From Octopus sinensis (lineage: Eukaryota), in the NCBI RefSeq assembly GCF_006345805.1, contig NC_043020.1, forward strand, positions 16,802,001 to 16,866,000: a stretch of 64,000 nt of DNA, read 5' to 3'. The notes under the pieces are model-generated. The model was not told where the DNA came from. It saw only the letters and a program-made list of their open reading frames with translations, and did not search any database. Positions 52,580-64,000 of this stretch are shown piece after piece. Each line of letters starts with the position of its first letter. Position 1 is the stretch's first letter. Made by a program: the position numbers and the translations under genes.

Positions 52580-54440
52580 TTAAAAGTGACATATTTTGAC
52601 CAAGTTTAGTGATTTATTTTATATAGCTAATTTAGTTCTGTTGTCTCTTTTAGTTCTTAAACTTATTTATTTACTTTTAGTTGTTGCAAGATATCTTAAG
52701 ATTAGCACTTAAAGGGTTCTTTTAGTGCAGTATTACTAATACCCTTGAGAATATCATAAATGCTACATACTCTTATACTTTGCTCCTATAAACATCTGTC
52801 CATGTATTTAAGTTGTAATTAAGCTAAATATTCTACAGAGAATCTATAATTACTATTTCGTAATTATGAAATTATATTTCATTCAACTCCATTACAAATT
52901 AACCCACCTGCTCTCTTGTTTCTGAAATCTATTAAAATTGTTTAGTTTTCTTTTTAATAATTTAGATTTATATTCAATGATTTTTTTTCCCCCTTTTTTG
53001 ATTTTTTTAATAATTGTTGCCAGAAAAATATTTCAGATAAAATTGAAATTTCTTGAAACCTCCACATGTTGTTCTTAGACTACAGTTTCAGTTGCTTTTC
53101 TTTTACTATTCTTCATCATTACCATTCACTCACTGTTTTCTGTCTAATCTACCCATTGACTCTAAACCTTCTACCAGACATATGGTAGGTCTGTTAAATC
53201 TATAATGCTTTCATTTTTCTAAAGAAAGAAGTAGAATTGAATTTTTTCTTCCGATTTCTAAAACCTTTAACTTTGTCTCATTTTGTTTATGAAATCAATG
53301 TCTTTAAGTATATATAGTGTTGTTGCTATGATTACTATTATTATTATTATTATTATTACTACTATGTCTGTACTGATTGATACATTCCCTTTCTCACTAA
53401 CATCTGTCACCATCACCAAACACCAACTTTATGTTCCTCTTACATAATCCTCCACCACAGCTCTTCAATTTACACATATCTTTCATTTGAATTGACACAC
53501 TGCTTTAGCGGCTCTTCTGCCATCTTTCTCCCAACACTTCACACCAATTACACTTAAACTTCCTTCTGCAGCAATACCTCTTCCCATCCCTCATTAACTT
53601 TCCATTCTTGTTGTAAACCTAAAGAAATCACACTACATTGATTGCACCAAAGCCAATCTAATCCCAACACTTCTTGTCTTCCCATCAACTCAACTTTGGA
53701 CTATGTTCTTCATTTGATTTGGTTTCATTTATCACAAACATAAGTCTTTAGATAGCTCATTAATTGCTTATTACCATAATAATTCAATTTACAGAATTGT
53801 CTATTTTAACTTTCATTCATAAAAATTTTCTACTTAAAATTCCAAATGAACTTATTCAATGATCTGTTTCTAATTTAAAATTTTTCTCTTCTTCATAATC
53901 ATTTGATTTTCATTAAAATATATTTAGCTACATTTTGAAGTTTTAACTTTATCAATTTAAAAGTTTTTTTAACCTAATAAATGGCTGAGTCTGGTTTTAT
54001 CTTTTATCATAAATTTTAAATCCTATTTAAATTTACTTAAAAGCATGTAAATAAAATTACATTAAATCTATGAAACAAATGGATGAGACAACAGTTTTAA
54101 TTATACTCAGTATTTTTCTAAGAATATTTATTTTTTTCCCTTAGTTTTCATATCAACATCTTAATTCTCTTCAGTAGCATTTAAAAATATTATGCCAAAG
54201 TTGGTCATTTTATAGCATTTCTTTCCTGGATTATAACATGGTTGCTTATTCACTGGGAACTCAGCCTGAAATTATGGCTTGTTTTATGAGAGGAAAACAA
54301 ATATACAGAAATATCCCAACAGTATTGTTGGCCTAAGATCCCATGTTGAATCCTGGTAGTTGCCAAAAATAAAAATCTTTAACTTTCCAATGGTAACTTG
54401 CATTTTTTTTCTTTCTAAACTTTTCATCTGCCATCTATAG

Positions 54441-54449
54441 GACACTCAA
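54441..54449 (+). CDS. STXBP5: Candidate 9-nt microexon GACACTCAA
   Basis: Branch-like ctaaac, pyrimidine tract, TGC, tag acceptor and perfect CAA|gtaagt donor; frame-preserving with no stop in any phase. Confidence 0.5.
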
Positions 54450-55177
54450 GTAAGTGAACTCCTGTTTGTTAACTTATTTTATTGTATTTTAGTGACTCAT
54501 CCTACCTTTACGTAGAATAAATGCTAGATAATTTCCATCCCTCATTGGTACAACACTGAATCTAGAACTCATCTTATCTAAGTTAGAATCAAAGAGCATA
54601 AGAAGTACATGGTCTAAGATAGAGGAATGGTAAATCCAAACCAGCTGCAAAAGATCTTCAAGTAACATCTATGTTATTGCTTTACCTGATACAAAAAGCA
54701 GCTGAATCTTTTGCAAAGTAAGAAAAATAACTCAAATTCAATGCAGCCCCTCGTAATGTAAGTTGGGAAAAGAAACACAATTAAAATTCGCAAATCAAAT
54801 TCCTGTTCTTAACTTATTTTACAAATTCTATCACCTTTTCAATAGTTGGTAAACTAAGACAGAATGAATACCAAAGAATCTTTATAATTCAAACTGTGAG
54901 AGAACAAATGTAGAAGAAAAAAATGCAAAACACTAATCAGATACTAAGTCATTTAACATGCCTTATAAACTTCCCCAGAATATGTTACTTAGTGCCAATG
55001 TTAGTCAATATTACTAGTCTGTAAAGTGGTAAGCTGGCAGAATTGTTAGGCACCAGGCATAATGCTTTGTGGCATTTCATCTGTCTTTACATTCTGAGTT
55101 CAAATTCCTTTAAGGTTGACTTTGCCTTTCATCATTTTGGGCTCGATAAAATAAGTACCAGTTGAAGGCTCTCATAT

Positions 55178-56445
55178 CTGGCATGCTTCCATTCATGGGC
55201 CTCATCACACCCCACTTCCCACGGAACTGCATTCAATTATGATAATTTTCTTGGCTCTTTCAGACCACAGGACCACATCTGGGGGAGACTGCAATCTCTA
55301 CCTCTAGGTCCACTTTCATATCCCATGGTGAATTGCTGCTATTGCCTTCCCCTGATGATGATGTCTCTTGTGCATTTCATACTCCAGGGTATGAGCAAGT
55401 GTTGCAAGCACCCTATCATGGTACCATTTATATCTGCTTTGAAAAGTGCTATTCTGCACCCTGCCAAGATGTGTGCCAGAGTGCCCCTTTCTCCACAAAG
55501 TCCTCCAGTATGCCTGCAGCCTGAGCGACTGTAGTGCTAGTTACCCACTAGCACCCAGACCTTGTAATACCTACATGTCTGACAAACTTTCCTTCGAGAC
55601 TGTACATCATTGCATTACATTTTGCTACTTTAAATTCCTCCACTACTGATGACAGGGAAGTTGTAGCTGTCCTGATCTTATGTACAGACCTATTGAAGTG
55701 AAGCTTGGGGGAACACCTAGCCATCTTCAAAGGTATTTATTTGCCTTCTTCTCCACCCTTTCCACACTTACCATTGGAACATCATACAGATTCAATAACC
55801 ATACGAGTCTAGGAAGCAGTTCATGTTGGTAGAGTCATACCCTATACTTTCCTGGAAGCCCTGATCTATCATTCCTCCTCAGCCACTCCTCTGCTTGCTT
55901 CACAATATTGGTAACATTGCTTCTGTCTGAGAACGACTTTCCAAACATTTTTCTGAGGCATTTAATTGAATTTTCCTCTTTTGATGGAACGGCCTCTCCT
56001 TGCACTTGCAGCCTGATTTTGTTGGTTACTTTGTCCACCCTGATCATCATGCTCCACTTTTGGGGGCTTAAACCTCACTCTTGCCCGTGTTGCTATGTGT
56101 TCAAGTGAAGTCTGCATCCACATGAGTTGTAGTTGTTACTGTAATATCATCTATGAAGCTCCTTATTGGGTGCTGACAGCTGCCTGATTCCATTGTTGGT
56201 CCTTGGGTTTCTCTATCAGCAGTTGATATGAGAAGATTCATACCCATGGTGAAAAGAATAGGAGAAATTGTGCAACCAGTTTTCTCAAGGTCTTGCCACT
56301 GAGTTGTAAAACAGGCTTTTCTGAAACATAACTGGATGCCTCCAAAGTAACTGCTGATTATTCCCTTAATATGTGGGGAAATATAATAGCAGTCAAGGGC
56401 TGCATATATGAGGGTATGCGGACTTGATCCGTATGCATTTTCCAT
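55178..56445 (-). mobile_element. HERO-like (RLE-type) non-LTR retrotransposon fragment with internal deletions
   Basis: AYGSSPH...GCTISPILFTMGMNLL...RSFIDD (RT); RLQVQGE...SIKCL; LSSVVEEFKVAKC; SRYKWYHDRVLA; PDVVLWS...IIIIE / VPWE.GCDEAHE.K..RY (RLE). Clade assigned from recalled motifs. Confidence 0.85.
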
Positions 56446-59067
56446 ATATATTGGTATATAATTATAAGATCCAAGGATCTAAGAATAGGAAGTTTGAGTT
56501 TCAAGCAGTCTTTGGTGAGTATTAAAAAGCAACATTCAGGAACAATAATAATTTATTGGTGAGGGTTGTAAGCTTTTCCCATATCAAAGTTCAATTAGCT
56601 GGAAAAATTTTCTATAGTTCAGTTAGCAACTTCAGTTGCTGTGAATGCAAATAAGAATTATATCTTTGGCAAGTTAACTTGGAAATCCTTAATGACAATG
56701 TAACCTTCATTTAATTAAGGTATCTTCAACTCAATTAGTAGCAAGCTGAGTACTCCTTGTTTAGTAATTATTACATCAGAAGATCTGCTAGCTACGAAAC
56801 ATATGTAGCCTGGATTTTACCTGCTCCTCTCCCTCAACTTATGTATATAGATGGATAGCTAGACAGACAGATGCCGTAGTATATCTAGATTATAGCATAA
56901 TATAATTAGGTTTTGTATAACTTGACAAGATATAAATTGCAGAAAACTCTAGATTGTAGTATATCTAACTGGACTAGTATGACTAGACTGTATTATTATA
57001 TAACAATACTACTGTATACCATGTCTAGAATATAGTATTGTATAATGTAGCTAGATTATAGTTGAACTACCATGTAGTATAACTAGATGCATAACTAAAA
57101 TGTTGTCTAACTTGACTGTAATATGATTATATTGTTGCGTAATTTCTGAAAACTGAAATTATTCTAAGTTTTATAAATTTTAATGCCACCAATTTATTAC
57201 AGTGAAACTGTAATAAAATAGAACCTCGCAGTGTTGTACCATCTTCCAATAGATTCCTTCCCGTAAGATTAGTTGTCAATAGTTACTCTAGCTCTTCTCC
57301 TCCCCTCGTGTCTTTTTAATGCGTTACATTTGGATTTGTTAAAGCTCAAACAGAACAAGTTAAGTGGGGTGGCATGGGGTGGATGATAAATAACCACATC
57401 TTGGATATGTAGGAATGGCGTCATTTTGTGTCGCTTCAAAAACATGTCTAAATGTTTTATGTTCAATGATGAAGAAAGAAAAGATGTCAGCTGAAAATAT
57501 TTTAGATGTGTGAATTGAATAAAATGAGGGTTTGTGGTGGGGAGGTTTGTAGGGCGGGGTTGGTATTCTTTTGTAGAGGGTGTAAGTGGCATATAAGATC
57601 TGGTTTTAGAATTATTAAAATATATTAAAATTTGAGATTAAATAGGAATAAAGTTATCAACTTGAAATTTATTCTAAAATTAATATTTTCTTTGCTGAAT
57701 GAATCAGAAATATTTATAAGTTTATGTTGAATAAAGGGTTTTATTTTTTTTACTTCTTTGGTTTTTGAGTTTTTTGCGGGGTTTTTGTCAAGAAATGATG
57801 TGTTTTTAATTTATTTATTTATTTTAAGAACTGTTCATTACAAAGTATGAATAAATTAATAAAGAACAGTTTTAGCATTGGGAATTCTGTGTTTGCACCA
57901 TAAACATAAAATATCGACTGTGAAACAAAAATAAACAAGTGTAAAAAATGTATCTCACCATATTTGAAATCCAAAAATAAATTTGATATATTTTTCAAAT
58001 AACATGTTTGTTTTTTTTCTATAAATCTAAATTCTAATATTTTGGTGAGCTAACTTGATAGTGTTCAATTATATGGAACAGTGATACATAGAAAATATTT
58101 TATTATATTTCTAGATTGGCATAATCATCTTACAATCATCTTTCACATTAACCAGTTTTAATTTCTTTTAATTTTTTTATACTTGGGAAAGAATCTGTTA
58201 TATTTTCTTTTAGAATTTTTTTTTTCCACTGTAGAAAAATTTCTGTTATATTTTCTCTTAGAATTTTTTTTTTTTTTTTCACTGTAGAAAAATTGAAAGT
58301 TATTTATGTATTTATATTATTGTTTCATTTTATATATATAAATCTCCAGCTATCTAAGAAAATGGTTAAGAGTTGACCAGTGTCTTTTTTTTTAGTAACC
58401 AGTCCACTTGTTTGTGGGTTAAATCTGTAATAGAATTAGTTGAGACAGAGTTACAATATGAACAAATATTGTCACCTATTTAAAGCTTGTGATGAAATTG
58501 AAATGTGTAACGAAGCAATAAATTTTTTTAAAAGGGGGGAATGAACCTTTTTACTAGAGCGAAAGTTTAAAGCATGATTTTAATAGAAAAGTAAAAACAA
58601 GAGGAATAATGTATAGAACACTTTGGTTTGTTAATATTTATATAGAACATTTTCTGTCAATAATTTGAACCATTTTCCTTATGGTACAAATCAATTCTAT
58701 CGATTTAATAGTAATTAAGTACATTGTTTAAATGTTGTGGATTGTGTGTGACACAAAGTTACTTAGCTATCAATGTTATCTGCTTCTTTGAATACTGGAT
58801 ATTATTATTATGTAGATGCTAGATTCTTTATAAATTTAGCATGATCTTGTGGCAAGTTAGACTATTTGCTGCCTGGAATGATGTATGATTGTTGCTGCTT
58901 GCTGTAGTGTAGGTAATTTAGCTACATATCTTATATACTATTGTTCCCTGCCCTCATGTTTGTATGTATGGATGCCTTTTTTTTACCTTCTTTATTGCAT
59001 TAATATTTTTAATGATATGCATGTTGACTGTATGTCTGTATACTTTATAAATACTTTTCAAAGATAT

Positions 59068-59103
<36 letters not shown>

Positions 59104-60420
59104 ATATCTCTCTCTCATTATGAGTATGTTATCTCTCAGCTTGCTTGGGTTGAAAAGGTCTGCAAATTTTGGGATATTTGCATGAACTTATAGACTAATT
59201 AGATTTTGCAGCAGGATATTACTTCTGAGTGCTAACCACTCAGACGTGAAGTTTGGGTGGTAATCGTTAACCCTTTGTTTTGGAGTTATGTTGTTTGTTT
59301 TTTTGTTTTTATTTTTTCTTACTTCAGTTGATTGAGTATCAATTAAACCATTAGATAAGGTACCAACCTTTCAACACTGATGGAGAGGTTTAGTTCATGG
59401 TGTCAGTTAGGATGTGTACATTGTACGACTTGGTTTTTTTCTTTGTGTGTGTGTGTTTATATACAAACACACAACACAGCCTTTATTTTGACAAATAGAA
59501 GTAATTGGTTTTTAGTCTAAGAATACATTGCATTATTTGTGGCAGTGATTTGAACTTTTATCTTGATTGAAAGATGTGTTGTTGTGAAGAACAAGGGTTT
59601 GAAAGGTGCATGTTATTTCATCATAAAATTTGTTGTTGCTAAGTAAACTCCCAAATATATATTCGAAGCTGATAAAATACACCAATTTGGAAATTCCTGT
59701 TATGTCTTCGCATGCATATAAGACAAGAATTGATAATGAAGGTGAATGAGAAAATTGTCTTTTAATCATGTTGCAAATGGATTTGGTGTCTTATAGCAGA
59801 CAAGGTAATTTCTAAAGAGAAGCCAGGTTCCTGGCTTTCCTTAAGAAGTAATAAAACTGGAGTCAAAGGAACTGGTTCTCAAATGTTCTATAGTCTTTTA
59901 GCATGTAAAACAAACAATTTGGTTGTTGATCTAAATGACAGTAGGTCATCAAATCACAACACGATATCATTAGCAGGAAATTATCACATGAAGCATGTTT
60001 GCTGATACCTTAGTCCAAATATGGAATTGCTGGCCAGGCACTGCCCTATTTGCTTGTCAGTTTCAAGTTCCATTCTTAAAAGAAGTGACCTGCTATCACC
60101 TCATATTTTTCACTAATTACTATATATGTATATGTATATATGTTCCACATTTTGGCATTGAAAGCTACACCAATGCCCTCGTGTCAATCCCAATTTCTCC
60201 AACAAATTTCTCAAACCTAGTTGTTAATTCACCCAGTGCCCCTACTATTATTATATATACTATTATTATCAGTACTATTATTATTATTATTGATTTGACT
60301 CAGGTCCATTCTTGTTCCTGGTAGAATTAATGTGGTAACAGGTTACTACATGTTACCTTAGTTATCCACAAGCTTTCAATGGTCTTTCAAGTATTTAAAA
60401 TCTCCCTGATAATTTTTTCT

Positions 60421-60990
60421 CATTATTATTATTATTATTCATATACACACAACAGATTTGACTGCTGGAAAAGAAAAATCCTAACATCGGGCTCCAACAA
60501 GTAACCCTAGATGCCAAGAACCCTTCTAAGTATCCTAACTGTCCCTAATAACACTGTTTTCTGGAGCTGTACTAAATTGGGTTTTATGCCTATTTCTTCT
60601 ATCCATCTGTTCAAATCTTTAAGGGTAGTTCTCAATGCACCTATAACTATTGAGATACATTTTACCCGCACTTTCCATAGTCTCTGTATTTCAATGGATA
60701 GGTCTTGGTACTTTGCTATTTTTTCTATACCTCTCATATTGTTTTTTTCATCATTTGGGACTGTAAAGTCAATTATCTGGTTCTTTCTATTCTCTTTATT
60801 TACTGCTACTAAATCATGCCTTCTACTGTGTTGGTCTGAATGTTGAAGTCCTACAACATTTTATATTTCTTACTTTCTAGTACTTTACTAGGTTCATGTT
60901 CATACAATTTATCAGTACATTCAAATCCTAGCTTTCTACATGACTCCCAGTGGATTACACTCCCTAGGTTGTCATGTCTTTTCTTGATTA
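60421..60990 (-). mobile_element. 5'-truncated RLE-type LINE 3' end, R4/Dong-like, flanked by (AAT)n
   Basis: RHDNLGSVIHWE.C....C.DKLYEHEP...DFNIQ / QDLVAVNK...QIIDFTVPND...EKIAKYQDLSIEIQRLW...IVIGAL...LQKTVLLGTVRILRRVLGI, then a short UTR and (AAT)n. Confidence 0.85.
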
Positions 60991-61377
60991 TCATTATCAT
61001 TATTATTATTAAGGCATCGAGCTGGCAGAATCGTTAGTGCACCAGGCAAAATGTTTCATGGTATTTTGCCTGTTTTTACATTCTGAGTTCAAATTCCACC
61101 ATGGTCGACTTTTCCTTTCATCCTTTCAGGGTCAATAAATTAAGTACTAGTGAAGCACTGGGGTCAATGCAATTGACTTACCCCTTCCCTGAAATTGCTA
61201 GCCTTGTGCCAAAATTTGAAATCATTATGATTATTATTCAGTGGTCTTATTTTTATCACGTGCTTTCAATGCACTTCCAAGTGCAGCTCTGTGTGTCTTG
61301 GGTATGTGCTGTGGTTTGTTGTGGTGTTCTTATTTTCACTGTATTGAAAGTACTATTATTTTTATTATTATTATTAT

Positions 61378-61935
61378 TGAGTGCGAGAGCAGTACATACC
61401 ATCAAAGTGACACTGGGGTAAAATATATAAAGCCCAGTATACCCATCATGACTACCCATCTGATAAGGGTACACCAGGCACATGCATTGCAACCATATGT
61501 GCATGACAAGGTGATCTCATATCAAGATAAATAATGCATGACCTCGCAGGTGGGGCCCAGTTAGAAATTTCTTCAGGTTGAGTAGGCCATCCTGCTCAAA
61601 AGGTCCCTGAATAAGGATTGTTTAAGGATGTTGAACGAACCAACCATGTTTCCAAAGGTGAATTATCCAAACCTCCAAGAATTCCTTTCAACACATGGCT
61701 ATGATGCTCCCCCACTACTTCTGCTCGTGATCAGAGATGCACATATCGTCAGCCATTAAGGGACATTCTCAACTGATTAAGGTCAAACAACTGACAAGCA
61801 AATCTGTGGTATTGGGTAGAATATTTACTGTAGCACATCTTTTATACCAAGACAAAACAATGTACATGATAACACTTCCAATCAGTTAAGAAAAGAAGCC
61901 ATGAGAGCCATTACCTGGTACTGCATCAGGGCATT
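61378..61935. mobile_element. Unclassified ~560-bp interspersed repeat bounded by (ATT)n
   Basis: GC-elevated non-coding block flanked by ATT tracts; recalled as a common octopus repeat, not verified. Confidence 0.5.
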
Positions 61936-64000
61936 TATTATTACTATTATTATTAAGGTTGCAAGCTGGCAGACATACTTGCATGCCAGACACAGTACTT
62001 AGCAGCATTTGTTCCAGTTTTACATCTTGAGTTCAAATTCTGCCAAGGTTGACTTTATTGTTTACCTTTCATCCTCTTGGAGTCAAGGAAATAAGTACCA
62101 TTTCAGCACTTGACAAAGCTGCAATTCTGAGTCATGAAGTTAAGAAAAGACCAAGATTGGTGCCTGGCCTCCTGAAAAATCACTGGGTGCTTACCATTCA
62201 GGCAATGTAGTGGTGTGAAAATAGGTTGCAGTGTTAGATCAACCAGTGGTGTCAAGTAAACTATACCTGCTATCTGTGAGTGTGTGTGGTCTACATTAAT
62301 TCATCCAGCCTATGTAGAAATTTCATCGATATATGTATTGTATCACCAAAATTTGTGCCTCTGGATTCCCTTGGTACCACAAGTATAACAATACCTAATT
62401 TCCTCCAGAGTCTTCCTATCATTGTAATCATCATTAGAGCTTTGCAGGTAAAAGTTGTTCAGTAATGATCTTGAGAAAGGCATGAATACCACTCAGTCCA
62501 ATTTGTTCTTTGTGAATAAGCAGTTTCAATCCTATGTTAATCCTATCAGCTGTGGTAGGTGGCAAGCTAGCAGAATCGTTAGCACACCTGGCAAAATGCT
62601 TTCTGGCATTTCATCCGTCTTTACATTCTGAGTTCAAATTCCACTGAGGTTAACTTTGCCTTTCATTCTTTTGGGGTCAACGGAATAAGTACTAGTTACA
62701 CACTGAAGTCAATGTAATCAACTTACCCCTCTCCGAAAATTGCTGGCCTTGTGCCAAAATTTGAAACCTAAATAAGCTATGATATCATCATAGGATTGCA
62801 ATTATTTCTGATTTTCAAAAGATCTCTTTCCATTTGAAACATTGAAAATGTACAGCTTTGTTTTTCATGCACAAAATAGAATTACGTGTATTTATAAGTA
62901 AGATTTAATTAATGCTAGGAATGCAGTGATTAACAATGCTGTTAATAAAGAAACAAAATTTTTTAAAGCCTTTTAAAACAAAATGCCATTACTTCCATTT
63001 AGTCCTAATTAGAATGTTAGATTTATAAATTAGAAAACATTTTAATATTTGATTAAAAATCTTTATCTGCCAACCATTACCATATTTAACCAATTATTTT
63101 TGACTTCTTACACCTGATGCCCACATTCATAATAAATATACTCATTCTTTAAAATCCTAGCATCACATTCAACTTTTCATAGAATTCTATTTTATTTTAT
63201 TTTCTAATTCAAACATTATTCAATGCCTCTGTTTCAGTTTAGTTGCATTCACCATTGTTACTAATCTACTAGTGTATAAAAGATGCATGGTTCAAATCCA
63301 ACAGTAAGCCTTTGGCCTGTTTTCCATCCAGGCAGGGTTTTAATCCAATATATTACAACTGTGAAGGCTCATGCCCTAATGGTAAAGGATTTTGCATTCA
63401 CAATCACAAGCTCATAGTTTCATTTCCCAAACTGACAGTGCACTGTGTCTTTTGAGCAAAACACCTCATTTCACATTGCTCTAGTCCACTCAGCTGTAAA
63501 TGAGTAACCCTGCAACAAATTTGTGTTCTGTTCAAGGGAAATGTTGGCCTGCCTGATAGCCCGTGGGTCAGCATCATTCAGAAACTACTACAATGCAAGG
63601 AAGTGCATTGTGACCAGCAGTGTGTAACAGCATTCAATAGTCTGGTCTATACAGTGATATTACAAGCTGTAGTTTATAGCTGTATTCACTTCAAAATGCA
63701 CCATTTATCTTTTATCTTTTACTTGTTTCAGTCAGACTGTGGCCATGCTGGGGCACTGCCTTGAAGCATTTTAGTTGAGCTAATCAACCCCAGTACTTGC
63801 TTTTGTTTTTTAAATCCTGGTAGTTATTTTATCAGTCACTTTTGCTGAACCACTAAGTTATAGAGATCTAAACACACCAACACTGGTTGTCAAGCAGTGG
63901 GGGAGGACAAACAAAGACACACACACATAGATACATATATATATATGACAAAATTCTTCCAGTTCCTATCTAGCAAATCCACTCACAAGGCTTTGGTCAG

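Larger units (their letters stand above)
1..64000 (+). other. STXBP5: Window lies within the tomosyn / syntaxin-binding protein 5 gene (second beta-propeller into hypervariable region); gene start and end are outside the window
   Basis: Three spliced exons give EYSTALKVKPSQRRWNPGFQPDIVCLLAWIDNEHPGNVTSICVNSSYGL-MAFGNESGLAVVDIIQKICLLNIGTPDLYG-SMDPYQRAPRSPRGKRPQPLDANNTGQIFTDECKSPTSDQ. This is colinear with recalled human STXBP5 (PGYQTELVIQLVWVGGEPPQQITSLAVNSSYGLVVFGNCNGIAMVDYLQKAVLLNLGTIELYGSNDPYRREPRSPRK...CKSPTS). No first or last exon was seen. Confidence 0.9.

Noticed and set aside
56860-57135. Loosely periodic ctagactgtagtata-like sequence
   Set aside because: Decayed low-complexity satellite with no stable period determinable by eye
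54450-64000. Expected conserved downstream tomosyn exon (SFSRSRSSS...CLWVGT)
   Set aside because: Searched by eye on the plus strand and not found; presumably beyond 64000, so not annotated

Overview
AT-rich eukaryotic DNA whose SINE and MITE content looks like Octopus (coleoid cephalopod); this is inferred from repeat families, not database-checked. The window lies inside a large plus-strand tomosyn (STXBP5, Lgl-family WD40/R-SNARE) gene. Three exons are unambiguous by protein similarity and GT-AG phase continuity (17363-17508, 18842-18930, 21321-21442). They lead into the tomosyn hypervariable region, which holds a 784-nt low-complexity exon (39301-40084), a 145-nt exon (42301-42445) and several candidate small or micro-exons (32570-32619, 41524-41534, 47592-47614, 54441-54449). 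The conserved downstream FSRSRSSS exon was not found in the window. Introns contain tRNA-derived SINEs, hAT/piggyBac/Tc1-type MITEs, a DD37D (maT) transposase relic, RTE, HERO, R4/Dong and Penelope-like retroelement fragments, a Helitron-like element and long microsatellites. Most track ORFs are microsatellite or TE artefacts. Best leads, all needing RNA evidence: two interleaved frame-compatible exon routes through the hypervariable region, a candidate exon whose body and donor pair with a downstream intronic complement, a 9-nt microexon with a UGC motif, a possible diverged exon duplicate, a 764-bp near-perfect palindrome and several local duplications.
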